Below are positions 8,976 to 17,736 of a stretch of DNA of 64,000 bases, piece after piece (positions within the stretch are counted from its first letter, which is position 1; every line of letters begins with the position of its first letter). The stretch lies in contig JAWXBZ010000235.1 of NCBI GenBank assembly GCA_034440375.1, forward strand, positions 32,788 to 96,787. Direction: 5' to 3'. The notes under the pieces were generated by a model that searched no databases, was not told the DNA's origin, and saw only the letters and a program-made list of their open reading frames with translations. The stretch is from Candidatus Eiseniibacteriota bacterium. Lineage in GTDB: Bacteria > Eisenbacteria > RBG-16-71-46 > JABDJR01 > JAWXBZ01. Position numbers and translations under genes: made by a program.

Positions 8976-10544
8976 TCATCGTTCCGCCCCCTCCCGATCC
9001 AGGCACCGATACTGAATGGCCTCCGCCACCTGTGCCGACGACAGCATGTCGGCGCCGGCCATGTCGGCGATCGTTCGCGCCACCTTGAGAACGCGCCGGT
9101 GGGCGCGGGCCGACAGTCCGAAGCGTTCCATGGCCCGGCGGAGGAGGTCGGTGGCGGCCAGATCGGTGGCACAGTATTGGTCGGTCTCATCGTGTGACAT
9201 GCGAGCGTTGATCGGTGGACGGGGGCGCGCCAATGATTGCGCGGCCGCGGCAAGGCGGATCGTCTGGATTTCCCTCGCCGCGGCCACCCGCTCCCGGATC
9301 GGCAGCGAGGGCTCGCCACGCTCGCGCGAGGCCAGGTCGTCGAAGGCCACCGGCGGCAACTCGAGGTGCAGGTCGAAGCGATCCAGCAGCGGCCCGGAAA
9401 CCCGGGCGCGATAGGCGCGGATTTCACGATCCGAGCAGAGACACCGGCGGCGCGAGTCGCCCAGGTGGCCGCAGGCGCAGGGGTTCATGGCGCCGACGAT
9501 CATGGCGTCGGCGGGGTAACGAACGTTGAGCATCGAGCGGCTGACGCGGACGAAGCCCTCCTCCAGCGGCTGACGCAGGGCCTCGAGAACGTTGCGGCGA
9601 AACTCGGGGAGTTCGTCCAGGAAGAGCACGCCACCGTGAGCCAGCGAGAGTTCTCCCGGCAGGGCCCGTGGGCCGCCCCCGATCAGTCCGGAGTCGGAGA
9701 TCGTGTGGTGGGGCGATCGGAACGGGCGATCGAGCATCAGTGGCCGGCCGAAGGGCAATCGCCCCGCCACGGAGTGAATGCGGGTGACGACGAGCGCCTC
9801 ATCCAGGGCCAGCGACGGCAGAATCGTCGGCAGGCGCCGGGCGAGCATCGTCTTTCCCGAGCCTGGCGGGCCAACGAACAGAATGTTGTGGCCTCCGGCC
9901 GCCGCTACTTCGATGGCCCGCCGGGCCGGCAGTTGGCCGCGCACATCACCCATGTCCAGGTGACTGTCGCGACGGGAAACGTGGGCCCATTCCCCGTCCG
10001 GAAGGGAACTCGGCTCCGGCCCGGATTCGAGCAGCCAGTCGAGCGCCTCGCGCAGCGTGGCCAGCGGCACCAGCGGGATGCTCTTCGCGAGCGCGGCCTC
10101 GCTTCGGTTTCCCAGGGGAAGAAGAAAGGAGCGGGCGCCCATACCGACACCCATCATGGCCATCGACAGGACGCCACGAACCGGCCGGATGGATCCGTCA
10201 AGCGCCAACTCGCCGGTGGCCAGGAATGGACCGTTCCGAATCAGGTCTTTCGGACGGCGGCCGTTGTCGGTGGCGGCCAGGAGTGCCAGGCTGATCGGCA
10301 GGTCGTAGGCGGTGCCGGATTTTCGAACATCCGCGGGGGCCAGGTTCACCGTGATGCGGCCGGAGGGGAAGCGAAGGCCGGAATTCTTGAAGGCAGCCTG
10401 GATCCGTTCGCGGCTTTCCCGGACGGCCATGTCGGGGAGGCCCACGATGGTGAAGACCGGCAATCCCGGTGCCACATCGACTTCGACGTCGACCGGTCGG
10501 GCTTCGATGCCGGCCAGTGTTGCGGAAAGAACGCGCGCCAGCAT
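8976..10544 (-). CDS. comM: YifB/ComM Mg-chelatase-like AAA+ ATPase
   Basis: IVGLPDMAVRESRER, GPPGSGKTMLA, RPFRSPHHT, LFLDELPEF, SGPLLDRFD. Confidence 0.93.
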   Translation of the reverse strand: MLARVLSATLAGIEARPVDVEVDVAPGLPVFTIVGLPDMAVRESRERIQAAFKNSGLRFPSGRITVNLAPADVRKSGTAYDLPISLALLAATDNGRRPKDLIRNGPFLATGELALDGSIRPVRGVLSMAMMGVGMGARSFLLPLGNRSEAALAKSIPLVPLATLREALDWLLESGPEPSSLPDGEWAHVSRRDSHLDMGDVRGQLPARRAIEVAAAGGHNILFVGPPGSGKTMLARRLPTILPSLALDEALVVTRIHSVAGRLPFGRPLMLDRPFRSPHHTISDSGLIGGGPRALPGELSLAHGGVLFLDELPEFRRNVLEALRQPLEEGFVRVSRSMLNVRYPADAMIVGAMNPCACGHLGDSRRRCLCSDREIRAYRARVSGPLLDRFDLHLELPPVAFDDLASRERGEPSLPIRERVAAAREIQTIRLAAAAQSLARPRPPINARMSHDETDQYCATDLAATDLLRRAMERFGLSARAHRRVLKVARTIADMAGADMLSSAQVAEAIQYRCLDREGAER

Positions 10545-10653
10545 GGTGATAATCTCCCTGGGGGGAGGCGGAATGGGGTGGGGGATGGGTCGAGCGGACG
10601 GGTCTCGACCGTAGCGTCCTTCGTTCCGACTCGTCAAGCATCAGGGAGATCCC

Positions 10654-11877
10654 GTGACGTTTAGTGATCCAGCCGCGCTCCGCGCTCGATTCCCCGCGCT
10701 GGCGGGCCAGACCATCTACTTCGAAAATGCCGGCGGCTCGCAGCTGCCCGACGTCGTGATTGACGCCATGACCGACTATCTCCGGCATCACTACGTGCAG
10801 CTCGGCGCCGGATACCCCGCCTCCAGGGAGGCCACGCGAATCGTCGACGAGGCGCACGCGTTTGCACGGCGACTGGTCGGCACCGAGAACGGCCACGCCA
10901 TCCTCGGTGCCTCCACGACCATCCTCCTGCGGATCCTGGCCGACTGCTACGCCGACATCCTGCCGCCAAAATCGGAGATCGTCATCAGTGAAGCGGGGCA
11001 CGAGGCCAACATCAATCCCTGGCTGCGGCTGGAACGGGCCGGCCACGTCATCCGGTGGTGGCGGGTCGATCCAACCCGGGAGGACGCCCCGCTCTCGAGC
11101 CTCGACGCGTTGTTGAACGAGCACACCCGCCTGGTCGTGCTGCCGCAGGTATCGAACCTGCTTGGCGCCGTCACCGACGTGGCGGAAGTGGCCCGGCGTG
11201 CGCATCGGGTCGGCGCCCGCGTCGTTGTCGATGGCGTTGCATTCGCGGCCCACCGGCCCGTCGACGTGACGGACTGGGATGTCGACTGGTACGTCTTCTC
11301 AAACTACAAAGTATACGGGCCGCACATGGCGGTCCTTTACGGGAGCGCCGCCGCCGTGGCCGAATTGACCGGCCCGAATCACTTCTTCATCCCGAAGGAG
11401 ATGGTCCCGTACAAGTTCGAGCTCGGGGGATCCAATCACGAGGGATGCGCCGGGCTGGTCGCGCTGGGGCGATACCTGAACGTGGTGGCCGGTCGGCCGG
11501 AGGCGGATCCCTGTGACCGGGAGACCGTGGTGTCGGCATTTCAACGCATGGGTTCCCTCGAACTCCCGTTGCAGGCCCGCCTGATCAGCTGGCTGGCTGA
11601 TCGCCCCGGCGTCCGGATCGTCGGGCCAGGAACCGCCGGCCCCGAGCGGGTCCCGGTGATCAGTTTCCGGGTGGCGGGGCGCGCCTCGGCCGAGATCTGC
11701 CGTGCCGTTGATGACACCGGAGTCGCCATCCGATCGGGCCACATGTACGCGTATCGCCTTTGCCAGGCACTGGGGATCGACCCGGCCGACGGGGTCGTCC
11801 GCGTCAGCCTGCTCCACTACAACACCCTGGCCGAGGTGGATCGGCTGATCGAGGTCCTGGACGGTGTCCTCATCTGA
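10654..11877 (+). CDS. Class V aminotransferase, cysteine desulfurase-like
   Basis: YFENAGGSQ, HEANINPW, VDGVAFAAH, FSNYKVYGPH (PLP lysine), VRVSLLHYNT. Confidence 0.88.
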   Translation: MTFSDPAALRARFPALAGQTIYFENAGGSQLPDVVIDAMTDYLRHHYVQLGAGYPASREATRIVDEAHAFARRLVGTENGHAILGASTTILLRILADCYADILPPKSEIVISEAGHEANINPWLRLERAGHVIRWWRVDPTREDAPLSSLDALLNEHTRLVVLPQVSNLLGAVTDVAEVARRAHRVGARVVVDGVAFAAHRPVDVTDWDVDWYVFSNYKVYGPHMAVLYGSAAAVAELTGPNHFFIPKEMVPYKFELGGSNHEGCAGLVALGRYLNVVAGRPEADPCDRETVVSAFQRMGSLELPLQARLISWLADRPGVRIVGPGTAGPERVPVISFRVAGRASAEICRAVDDTGVAIRSGHMYAYRLCQALGIDPADGVVRVSLLHYNTLAEVDRLIEVLDGVLI

Positions 11878-11999
11878 GCCGGTTTTCGGCCCCGGATCCC
11901 GTTGGAAGGGCCCGGCCGGGCTGGCCTCCCGGGGAACCCCAACCGGCAATTCGGGTTAAGGCCGGTTATCCCACGACCGGCCTCGAATTTCCGGTTAAA

Positions 12000-12029
12000 T
12001 TGACACTCCTCCATCGCAGGAAGTAAGCT
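12000..12029 (+). promoter_or_regulatory. Putative sigma70 promoter
   Basis: TTGACA-18 nt-TAAGCT upstream of the TPR operon. Confidence 0.55.
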
Positions 12030-12043
12030 TTCCCCTTCATTTT

Positions 12044-12919
12044 ATGGCTGATGGGCGCGCGAGCGCCGAATGGAGCGTTGATGTGTCCAACCTACTACTG
12101 CTGACAGGTAATCGACCGATGACAACAAGTCGTGCGGAGTCCCTTGCGGGACGTTTCTACTGGGTGCCACTGCTTCTCATTGCCGGTCTTCTGGCTGTGG
12201 ATCAGGTCAAGGGACCGGTTTTCCACCCCACGCCCGGCAAGAAACCACGGTTGCCGAAGAGTTCTGCCGCGGCGGCGGCTACCCTGGACCGTGAAGACCC
12301 GCGGGCGGATGCAACATCCACGCTCACCGCCGCTCCGGACCTTCTATCCCAGGACGAGCGGGTCGGCGGGCTTCTTTCCGGCTCGGGCAGCCCCGATGAG
12401 GCCACCAAGAAGGTCGATGGAATCCGTACTCAACTGGCGGTCAACCCCAGGGATTATCGCCTGCACTATGAACTGGGCAACGCCCTGTATGATGCGGGCG
12501 ACCAGCCGGCGGCCATTTCGGCCTACCGGAAGGCGATCGAGATCAACCCGAAGTTCGTCAAGGCTTATGTCAACCTTGGCGAGACATTGCGTGAGCGCGG
12601 CGATCTGAAGGAAGCCGTGACATCCCTCGAAACCGCGCTCGCACTGGACGACAAGAGCGATGTGGCTCACGCCGCGCTTGGATTCGCCTACTACACCGAC
12701 AGGAAATATCCCGACGCCATGAGTCAATTCAAGACGGCGTTGACGCTCAATCCCAAGTCCGTTCACGCCACGTACTACATGGGGATGGCCTTTGCCGACG
12801 CGCAGATTTATCGTGAGGCCATCACCTGGTGGGAAAAGGTCTGCGACATCGACCCGAACTCGGATGCCTGTCTCGAGGCTCGGGAAAACGTCAATCTGTT
12901 GAAGAGAATCGTCAACTGA
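12044..12919 (+). CDS. Membrane-anchored TPR protein
   Basis: One TM segment then about four TPRs (YELGNALY, AYVNLGETL, ALGFAYY, YYMGMAF); start may be ATG 12119. Confidence 0.85.
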   Translation: MADGRASAEWSVDVSNLLLLTGNRPMTTSRAESLAGRFYWVPLLLIAGLLAVDQVKGPVFHPTPGKKPRLPKSSAAAAATLDREDPRADATSTLTAAPDLLSQDERVGGLLSGSGSPDEATKKVDGIRTQLAVNPRDYRLHYELGNALYDAGDQPAAISAYRKAIEINPKFVKAYVNLGETLRERGDLKEAVTSLETALALDDKSDVAHAALGFAYYTDRKYPDAMSQFKTALTLNPKSVHATYYMGMAFADAQIYREAITWWEKVCDIDPNSDACLEARENVNLLKRIVN

Positions 12920-12966
12920 GGCCGCCGGGGCGCCTCGTGGTTGATATCCCGAAAGGAGTTCCACTC

Positions 12967-13875
12967 ATGACCCGTTTCAGGCCCCGTTGCCGCATCTTCA
13001 TAGCGGCATGGCTCCTCGTTGCAGCCGTTTTGCCGATCCTGGGCCACGCGGCAACCGCCGACGACATTCAAAAGGATATCGACGAGGGGCGGCTGATCAA
13101 GGCGCTGGAGGCGGCAACGCTCCTCTGCGCCTCCGCGCCCGTCGACTGCCGGGCCTGGCGTCTTCTTGGCGATGCCAACCGCAAGCTGACACGGGTCGGG
13201 GCGGCGGGCCAGGCGTACCGGACCGGAATCGAGGCCTGCCCCGAGGACAAGGAACTTCTCCGCACGTTTGGATTGATGCTTGAGGAGTCGGAACAGTACG
13301 AGGAGGCTGCCCGCATCCTCTCCCGCTACTGGGCCCTCGACACGAGCGACCCCTCGGTCGGGTCCCGTCTCGGTGCCGCCTGTTATCGGGCCGGAAAGTG
13401 CAACGAAGGTCGCCTCGCGTATGACGCGCTACTTCTGGCGCATCCGGAAAGATCAAGCGATCGGCTGGCCTACGCACAGTTGCTGTCACGCGTCTGCCAT
13501 GACCTCCCGGCCGCCCGGGCCCAGTTCGAAAAGCTCATGGTTGAGCGACCCAATGATCCGTCCGTACTTTGCGCCTGGGTTTACGCGCTGGCCGATGCCG
13601 GGCAAGCGGACGAGGCGGCGAAAGTGGCGGCCGGCGGGTTGACTGCGGCCGGCGGTTCGGCCGGCTGTCTGTATGCCGCGTGGGGTCGTGCGCTGGAGAG
13701 CGCGGCGGACAGTCTGATGATCAAGGGTCAGGTCGAGGAGGCTCGCGCCCGCTATCTGGAGGCACTCGATCCGCTGAGCAAGGGAACCACCGACCCCGTT
13801 TTCGGCACGTACTGCGAGGCCATTCTGGCACAGGTCAAGTACAAGGAATCGCCGATGGAGGAGCTCAAGCCATGA
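12967..13875 (+). CDS. Secreted Cys-rich TPR protein
   Basis: AAGGAG RBS, signal peptide ending GHA-A, TPR-like helices. Confidence 0.7.
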   Translation: MTRFRPRCRIFIAAWLLVAAVLPILGHAATADDIQKDIDEGRLIKALEAATLLCASAPVDCRAWRLLGDANRKLTRVGAAGQAYRTGIEACPEDKELLRTFGLMLEESEQYEEAARILSRYWALDTSDPSVGSRLGAACYRAGKCNEGRLAYDALLLAHPERSSDRLAYAQLLSRVCHDLPAARAQFEKLMVERPNDPSVLCAWVYALADAGQADEAAKVAAGGLTAAGGSAGCLYAAWGRALESAADSLMIKGQVEEARARYLEALDPLSKGTTDPVFGTYCEAILAQVKYKESPMEELKP

Positions 13876-14489
13876 CGAAGCGCCACCCGCTACCCGTCGT
13901 CGCGCTCCTTCTGGCGCTCGGATTCGGATTCGCTCTGAATATCGCCGCGCCGGGGAGCGCCGACGCGCAGATCATCTCCAACAAGAAGGAGACGGCCACC
14001 CTGGAAACCGCCTTCGGCAAGATTGTGGTCGAATTTTACGAGGACACCGCGCCGAAGCATGTGGCGTCCTTCAAGAAGAATGTCCGGACCGGCGTTTATG
14101 ACGGGACGAGCATCTTCAAGATCGTCCCGGGCTTCGTCATCATGGGCGGCGATCCGTTCACCAAGGACAAGAGCGCCGCCAATGACGGTTGGGGCGGGTT
14201 TGGTCCGCCGATCCCCAATGAATTCAACACCACTCACAAGAATGTGCGCGGCGCCCTCGGCGCCCCGCGGAAGCCGGACGCCGTGAATCCGGACAAGTCG
14301 GGAAATGGTTTCCAGTTCTATATTGCCCTGGCGGACCTCCCCTCGCTGGATGCCTCACAACACACGGTCTTTGGCCGCGTCATCTCCGGGATGGACGTGG
14401 TCGACCGGATTGCCGGCATGGCTCGTGATGACAAGGGTGCACCGAAAGACAAGGTCGAGTTCAAGAAGTTCTATCTCGAACGGAAATAA
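13872..14489 (+). CDS. Secreted cyclophilin-type PPIase with divergent active site
   Basis: LETAFGKIVVEFYEDTAPKHV, PGFVIMGGDP, HTVFGRVISGMDVVD; ATGA overlap. Confidence 0.85.
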   Translation: MTKRHPLPVVALLLALGFGFALNIAAPGSADAQIISNKKETATLETAFGKIVVEFYEDTAPKHVASFKKNVRTGVYDGTSIFKIVPGFVIMGGDPFTKDKSAANDGWGGFGPPIPNEFNTTHKNVRGALGAPRKPDAVNPDKSGNGFQFYIALADLPSLDASQHTVFGRVISGMDVVDRIAGMARDDKGAPKDKVEFKKFYLERK

Positions 14490-14497
14490 CTCGATCC

Positions 14498-15667
14498 GTG
14501 TTCGGAGAATATCTCGACCATAATGCCGCCGCGCCGCTACGCCCGGAGGTCCTGGGGGCGCTTATGCTGGCGATGGAGCAGCAGCAGGCCAATCCCGGAA
14601 GCGCCCATGGCGCCGGGCGGTTCTGGCGTCGGCGAATCGACGCGGCACGCCGCGAAGTGGCCGGGCTTGTCGGCGCGCAACCGCATGAAATCGTCCTGAC
14701 CGGTTCCGGAACCGAAGCCTGTTTCCTGGCGCTTCACGGTGTGATCGAAGCGGCGCGCACCCGTAGCGTGGAGCCGCCGCTTGTGCTGGCAACACCCATC
14801 GAGCATGCGGCCATTCGCGAGCCTCTGTGTGCCATGGCGGCGCGGGGCACGATCCGGCTTCTCCTGTGCCCGGTTGGCGCCTCCGGCCGCGTGGATGCCG
14901 ATTGGTTCGCGGATCATCTGACACAAATTCCGGTCCTGGTCGTCTGCCAGTGGGCCAACAACGAGACGGGTGTCATCCAGCCGGTACTCGAGGTGGCCGA
15001 TCTGTGTCGGGCGCATGAAACGAGGCTCCTGGTCGACGCCGTTCAATGGGCCGGCCGCGGACCCATTGATCTGACCGCCCAGCCGATCGATCTGCTGGTC
15101 CTCTCCTCACCCAAGCTCGGCGGCCCGACGGGCGCCGGCGCGCTGTTCATCCGCGAGGGATTGGCGCTCGAGCCGTACCTGGTCGCAGGCAAACAGGAGG
15201 GGGGCCTTCGTGGTGGTACGGAAAACAGTCTCGGCTGGATCGGTTTCGGCGCGGCGGCCGCGGCGGCTCGCGAGACGTGGGCGGCGGAGGTCGCTCACGA
15301 AGCGCCTCTCACGGCCCGCCTGGTGGAGCAGGTCCTGGCCCGGGTTCCCGGCGCCCGCCTGGCCGGCGATGGATCGACCCGCATCGCCAATACGGCTCAA
15401 TTCCTCGTGCCGCACGACGACGAGGAGATGCTCATCCTGGCGCTCGACCGGCTGGGGTACGCGGTTTCAGCCGGCTCGGCCTGCGCGGCGGGTGCCCACG
15501 AGCGCTCCCATGTGCTCCGTGCCATGGGCCTTCTCGAGCCTGGCTTCGCCTCGGTCCGCGTGTCGATCGGATCGGGCACGACCGCCCGTGCCATCGACGA
15601 TTTTGTGACCGCGCTCTGCACTGGCATCCAGGCCGCCCGGCCGGATGAGGCGGAGGTGGCCCGATGA
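14498..15667 (+). CDS. iscS: Cysteine desulfurase (IscS/NifS type)
   Basis: YLDHNA, ANNETGVIQP, VDAVQ, RGGTEN, SAGSAC catalytic Cys; directly before mnmA. Confidence 0.85.
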   Translation: MFGEYLDHNAAAPLRPEVLGALMLAMEQQQANPGSAHGAGRFWRRRIDAARREVAGLVGAQPHEIVLTGSGTEACFLALHGVIEAARTRSVEPPLVLATPIEHAAIREPLCAMAARGTIRLLLCPVGASGRVDADWFADHLTQIPVLVVCQWANNETGVIQPVLEVADLCRAHETRLLVDAVQWAGRGPIDLTAQPIDLLVLSSPKLGGPTGAGALFIREGLALEPYLVAGKQEGGLRGGTENSLGWIGFGAAAAAARETWAAEVAHEAPLTARLVEQVLARVPGARLAGDGSTRIANTAQFLVPHDDEEMLILALDRLGYAVSAGSACAAGAHERSHVLRAMGLLEPGFASVRVSIGSGTTARAIDDFVTALCTGIQAARPDEAEVAR

Positions 15668-16749
15668 GCAAGGGACTCGTGGTCGTGGCCATGTCCGGCG
15701 GCGTTGACAGCGCGGTGGCCGCTGCGTTGCTGCGTCAGGATGGATACGATGTGTACGGCGTCACGATGAAGCTCTGGTGCTACCAGCGCGAAGCACCGAC
15801 GGCCAAAGCCTGCTGCTCGATGGCCGCCATCGGCGAGGCCCGCGCCACGGCGGTTGTCCTGGGTATCGAGCACGCCGTGGTCGATCTCGAGGAGCAGTTC
15901 GAAGCTCATGTCATCGGCCCCTTCGCCGAGGACTATCGAGAGGGGCGGACGCCAAACCCCTGTGTGAACTGCAACACCTTCATCAAGTTCGGCACGCTGC
16001 TCGAGAAGGCCCGTCGCCTCGGCGCGGGCTGGGTGGCCACCGGCCACTACGCCCTCATGGAGCATGGTGCCGGGGGGCCTGTCCTGAAGCGCGGCATCGA
16101 CGCCAGCAAGGATCAGTCGTACGCGCTGTGGGGCTTGAACCGCAAACGCCTGGACAAGGTCCTGATGCCTCTCGGCGCGCTGACCAAGTCGGAAGTTCGG
16201 GAAATGGCCCGTGCCCTGAAACTCCCCGTGGCCGACAAGCCGGAAAGCATGGACATCTGTTTCGTCGAGGGTGGCCACTACGCCGATTTCCTCGTGAACC
16301 GCCTTGGCGCCTTCGCCCAGGCCGAGCCCGGCCCAATGGTGGACCAGGCCGGCCAGGTCGTTGGACAGCATCAGGGCGTCATGCGCTACACCGTGGGTCA
16401 GCGAAAGGGCCTCGGCCTCGCGCGCCCCGAGCCGACTTTCGTCGTGGGTATCGACGCCGCCACGAACACGCTGACCGTCGGGGAGGAGAGCGACTTGTAT
16501 CGAAGCGCCTTCCACGCCGGCCGCGCCAACTTCGTCTCGATCGATGTTCCCACGTCGCCGATCCAGGTGGACATTCGCGTCCGCCATCGCGGCCGTGCCG
16601 TTCCCGGCACCGTGACGCCGGAAGGCTTCGGCCGCCTCCGCATCGAACTCAGCGAACCCGAGCGCGCCATCACGCCGGGTCAGTCGGCGGTGTTTTATGA
16701 TGGTGAGGTGCTTGTGGGCGGGGCGCTGATCGAGACGGCGATCGGCTGA
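15664..16749 (+). CDS. mnmA: tRNA 2-thiouridylase MnmA
   Basis: AMSGGVDS, TPNPCVNCN, ATGHY, KDQSY, YTVGQRKG, TPGQSAVFY. Confidence 0.96.
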   Translation: MSKGLVVVAMSGGVDSAVAAALLRQDGYDVYGVTMKLWCYQREAPTAKACCSMAAIGEARATAVVLGIEHAVVDLEEQFEAHVIGPFAEDYREGRTPNPCVNCNTFIKFGTLLEKARRLGAGWVATGHYALMEHGAGGPVLKRGIDASKDQSYALWGLNRKRLDKVLMPLGALTKSEVREMARALKLPVADKPESMDICFVEGGHYADFLVNRLGAFAQAEPGPMVDQAGQVVGQHQGVMRYTVGQRKGLGLARPEPTFVVGIDAATNTLTVGEESDLYRSAFHAGRANFVSIDVPTSPIQVDIRVRHRGRAVPGTVTPEGFGRLRIELSEPERAITPGQSAVFYDGEVLVGGALIETAIG

Positions 16750-16818
16750 TCCGGCCGCCCTTCCGCGGTTGTCGGGCCGCCCCGCCATCTGCTAGCCTTT
16801 CCGGCCTTGACTTCCTGC

Positions 16819-16908
16819 GGAGGGGTGACCGAGCGGCTCAAGGTGGCACCCTGCTAAGGTGTTTATCGGGAAACTGATACGTGGGTTCGAATCCCACCCC
16901 CTCCGCCA
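16819..16908 (+). tRNA. tRNA-Ser(GCT)
   Basis: Cloverleaf, anticodon loop CTGCTAA, long variable arm, GGTTCGAATCC, encoded CCA. Confidence 0.95.
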
Positions 16909-16977
16909 GTTGGACCTGCCCGGCCCAACCGGTCTTGAGCCAGGTGGGTCAGCGAGTGGGCGGCCTTCGCGCCCTGG

Positions 16978-17600
16978 TCAACCTCTTGCGGTGGTCTCCG
17001 CCGGCAGCCTGGCCCGCCACTCCGCCGCCTGTCGCGGACGTCCTGTCTGTTCGTATATCGTCACGAACGACCGGACGGCCTGCTTGATGCCGCGTCCCTC
17101 GGGATCCAGATGTACGATGATGGCGTAGGCTTCACGAAGCGGATCTTCGGCTTCGGCGTACCGCTTCATGGCCACGAGCGCCTCGGCATAGGATTGAAGG
17201 ATGACGCCCCGTCCGAAGAAACCGGTGGGAAGAACTTTTCGCGTGGTGACCGATGCCCGGCGCAGTATCAGTTCCGCTTCATCGAGCTTTCCCTGCTTGA
17301 TGAGCAGGCGGCCCAGGTTGCTCATGGCCGGCAGCGTGTTCGGGTGCTCGTCGCCCAGCAACTGGCGGCTGACCTCATACCCTTCGCGATACAAGGGCTC
17401 GGCTTCGGCGCGTCGATCCGTCTGCATGTAGAGGACGGCCAGGTTGTTGATGGAGTCCATCGTATCCAGGTGATCGTTGCCCAGGACCTTGCGGCGCAGC
17501 GCCAGCGTCCGGACGCAGAGCGATTCCGCCTCGGCATACCGCCCAACTTGCCAATGACCCGGTACGGGCCGATCGTTTCGCGGGTCCGGGTGGGGTCCGA
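16978..17600 (-). pseudogene. Internally deleted Ser/Thr kinase-TPR gene
   Basis: Kinase start TIGPYRVIGKLG (17573-17541) joined out of frame to TPRs GRYAEAESL..LGNDHLDT..SINNLAVLY..LGDEHPNTL. Confidence 0.65.
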
Positions 17601-17736
17601 CGCATGATGTCTGTCAGGCTCTTGATCGGGCCGGATTCTATCAGGGGAGCGGCGGCGGCTGAACAGGTTGCCAGCCTGTTGCTATCATCCCGGCCGACCC
17701 GTCCGCTTGTTTCCATCTCCGGAGTCCTTTCGAATC

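Noticed and set aside
16819-17600. Prophage or integrative element at tRNA 3' ends
   Set aside because: No integrase and no duplicated tRNA 3' end noticed beyond the tRNA-Ser paralogues themselves
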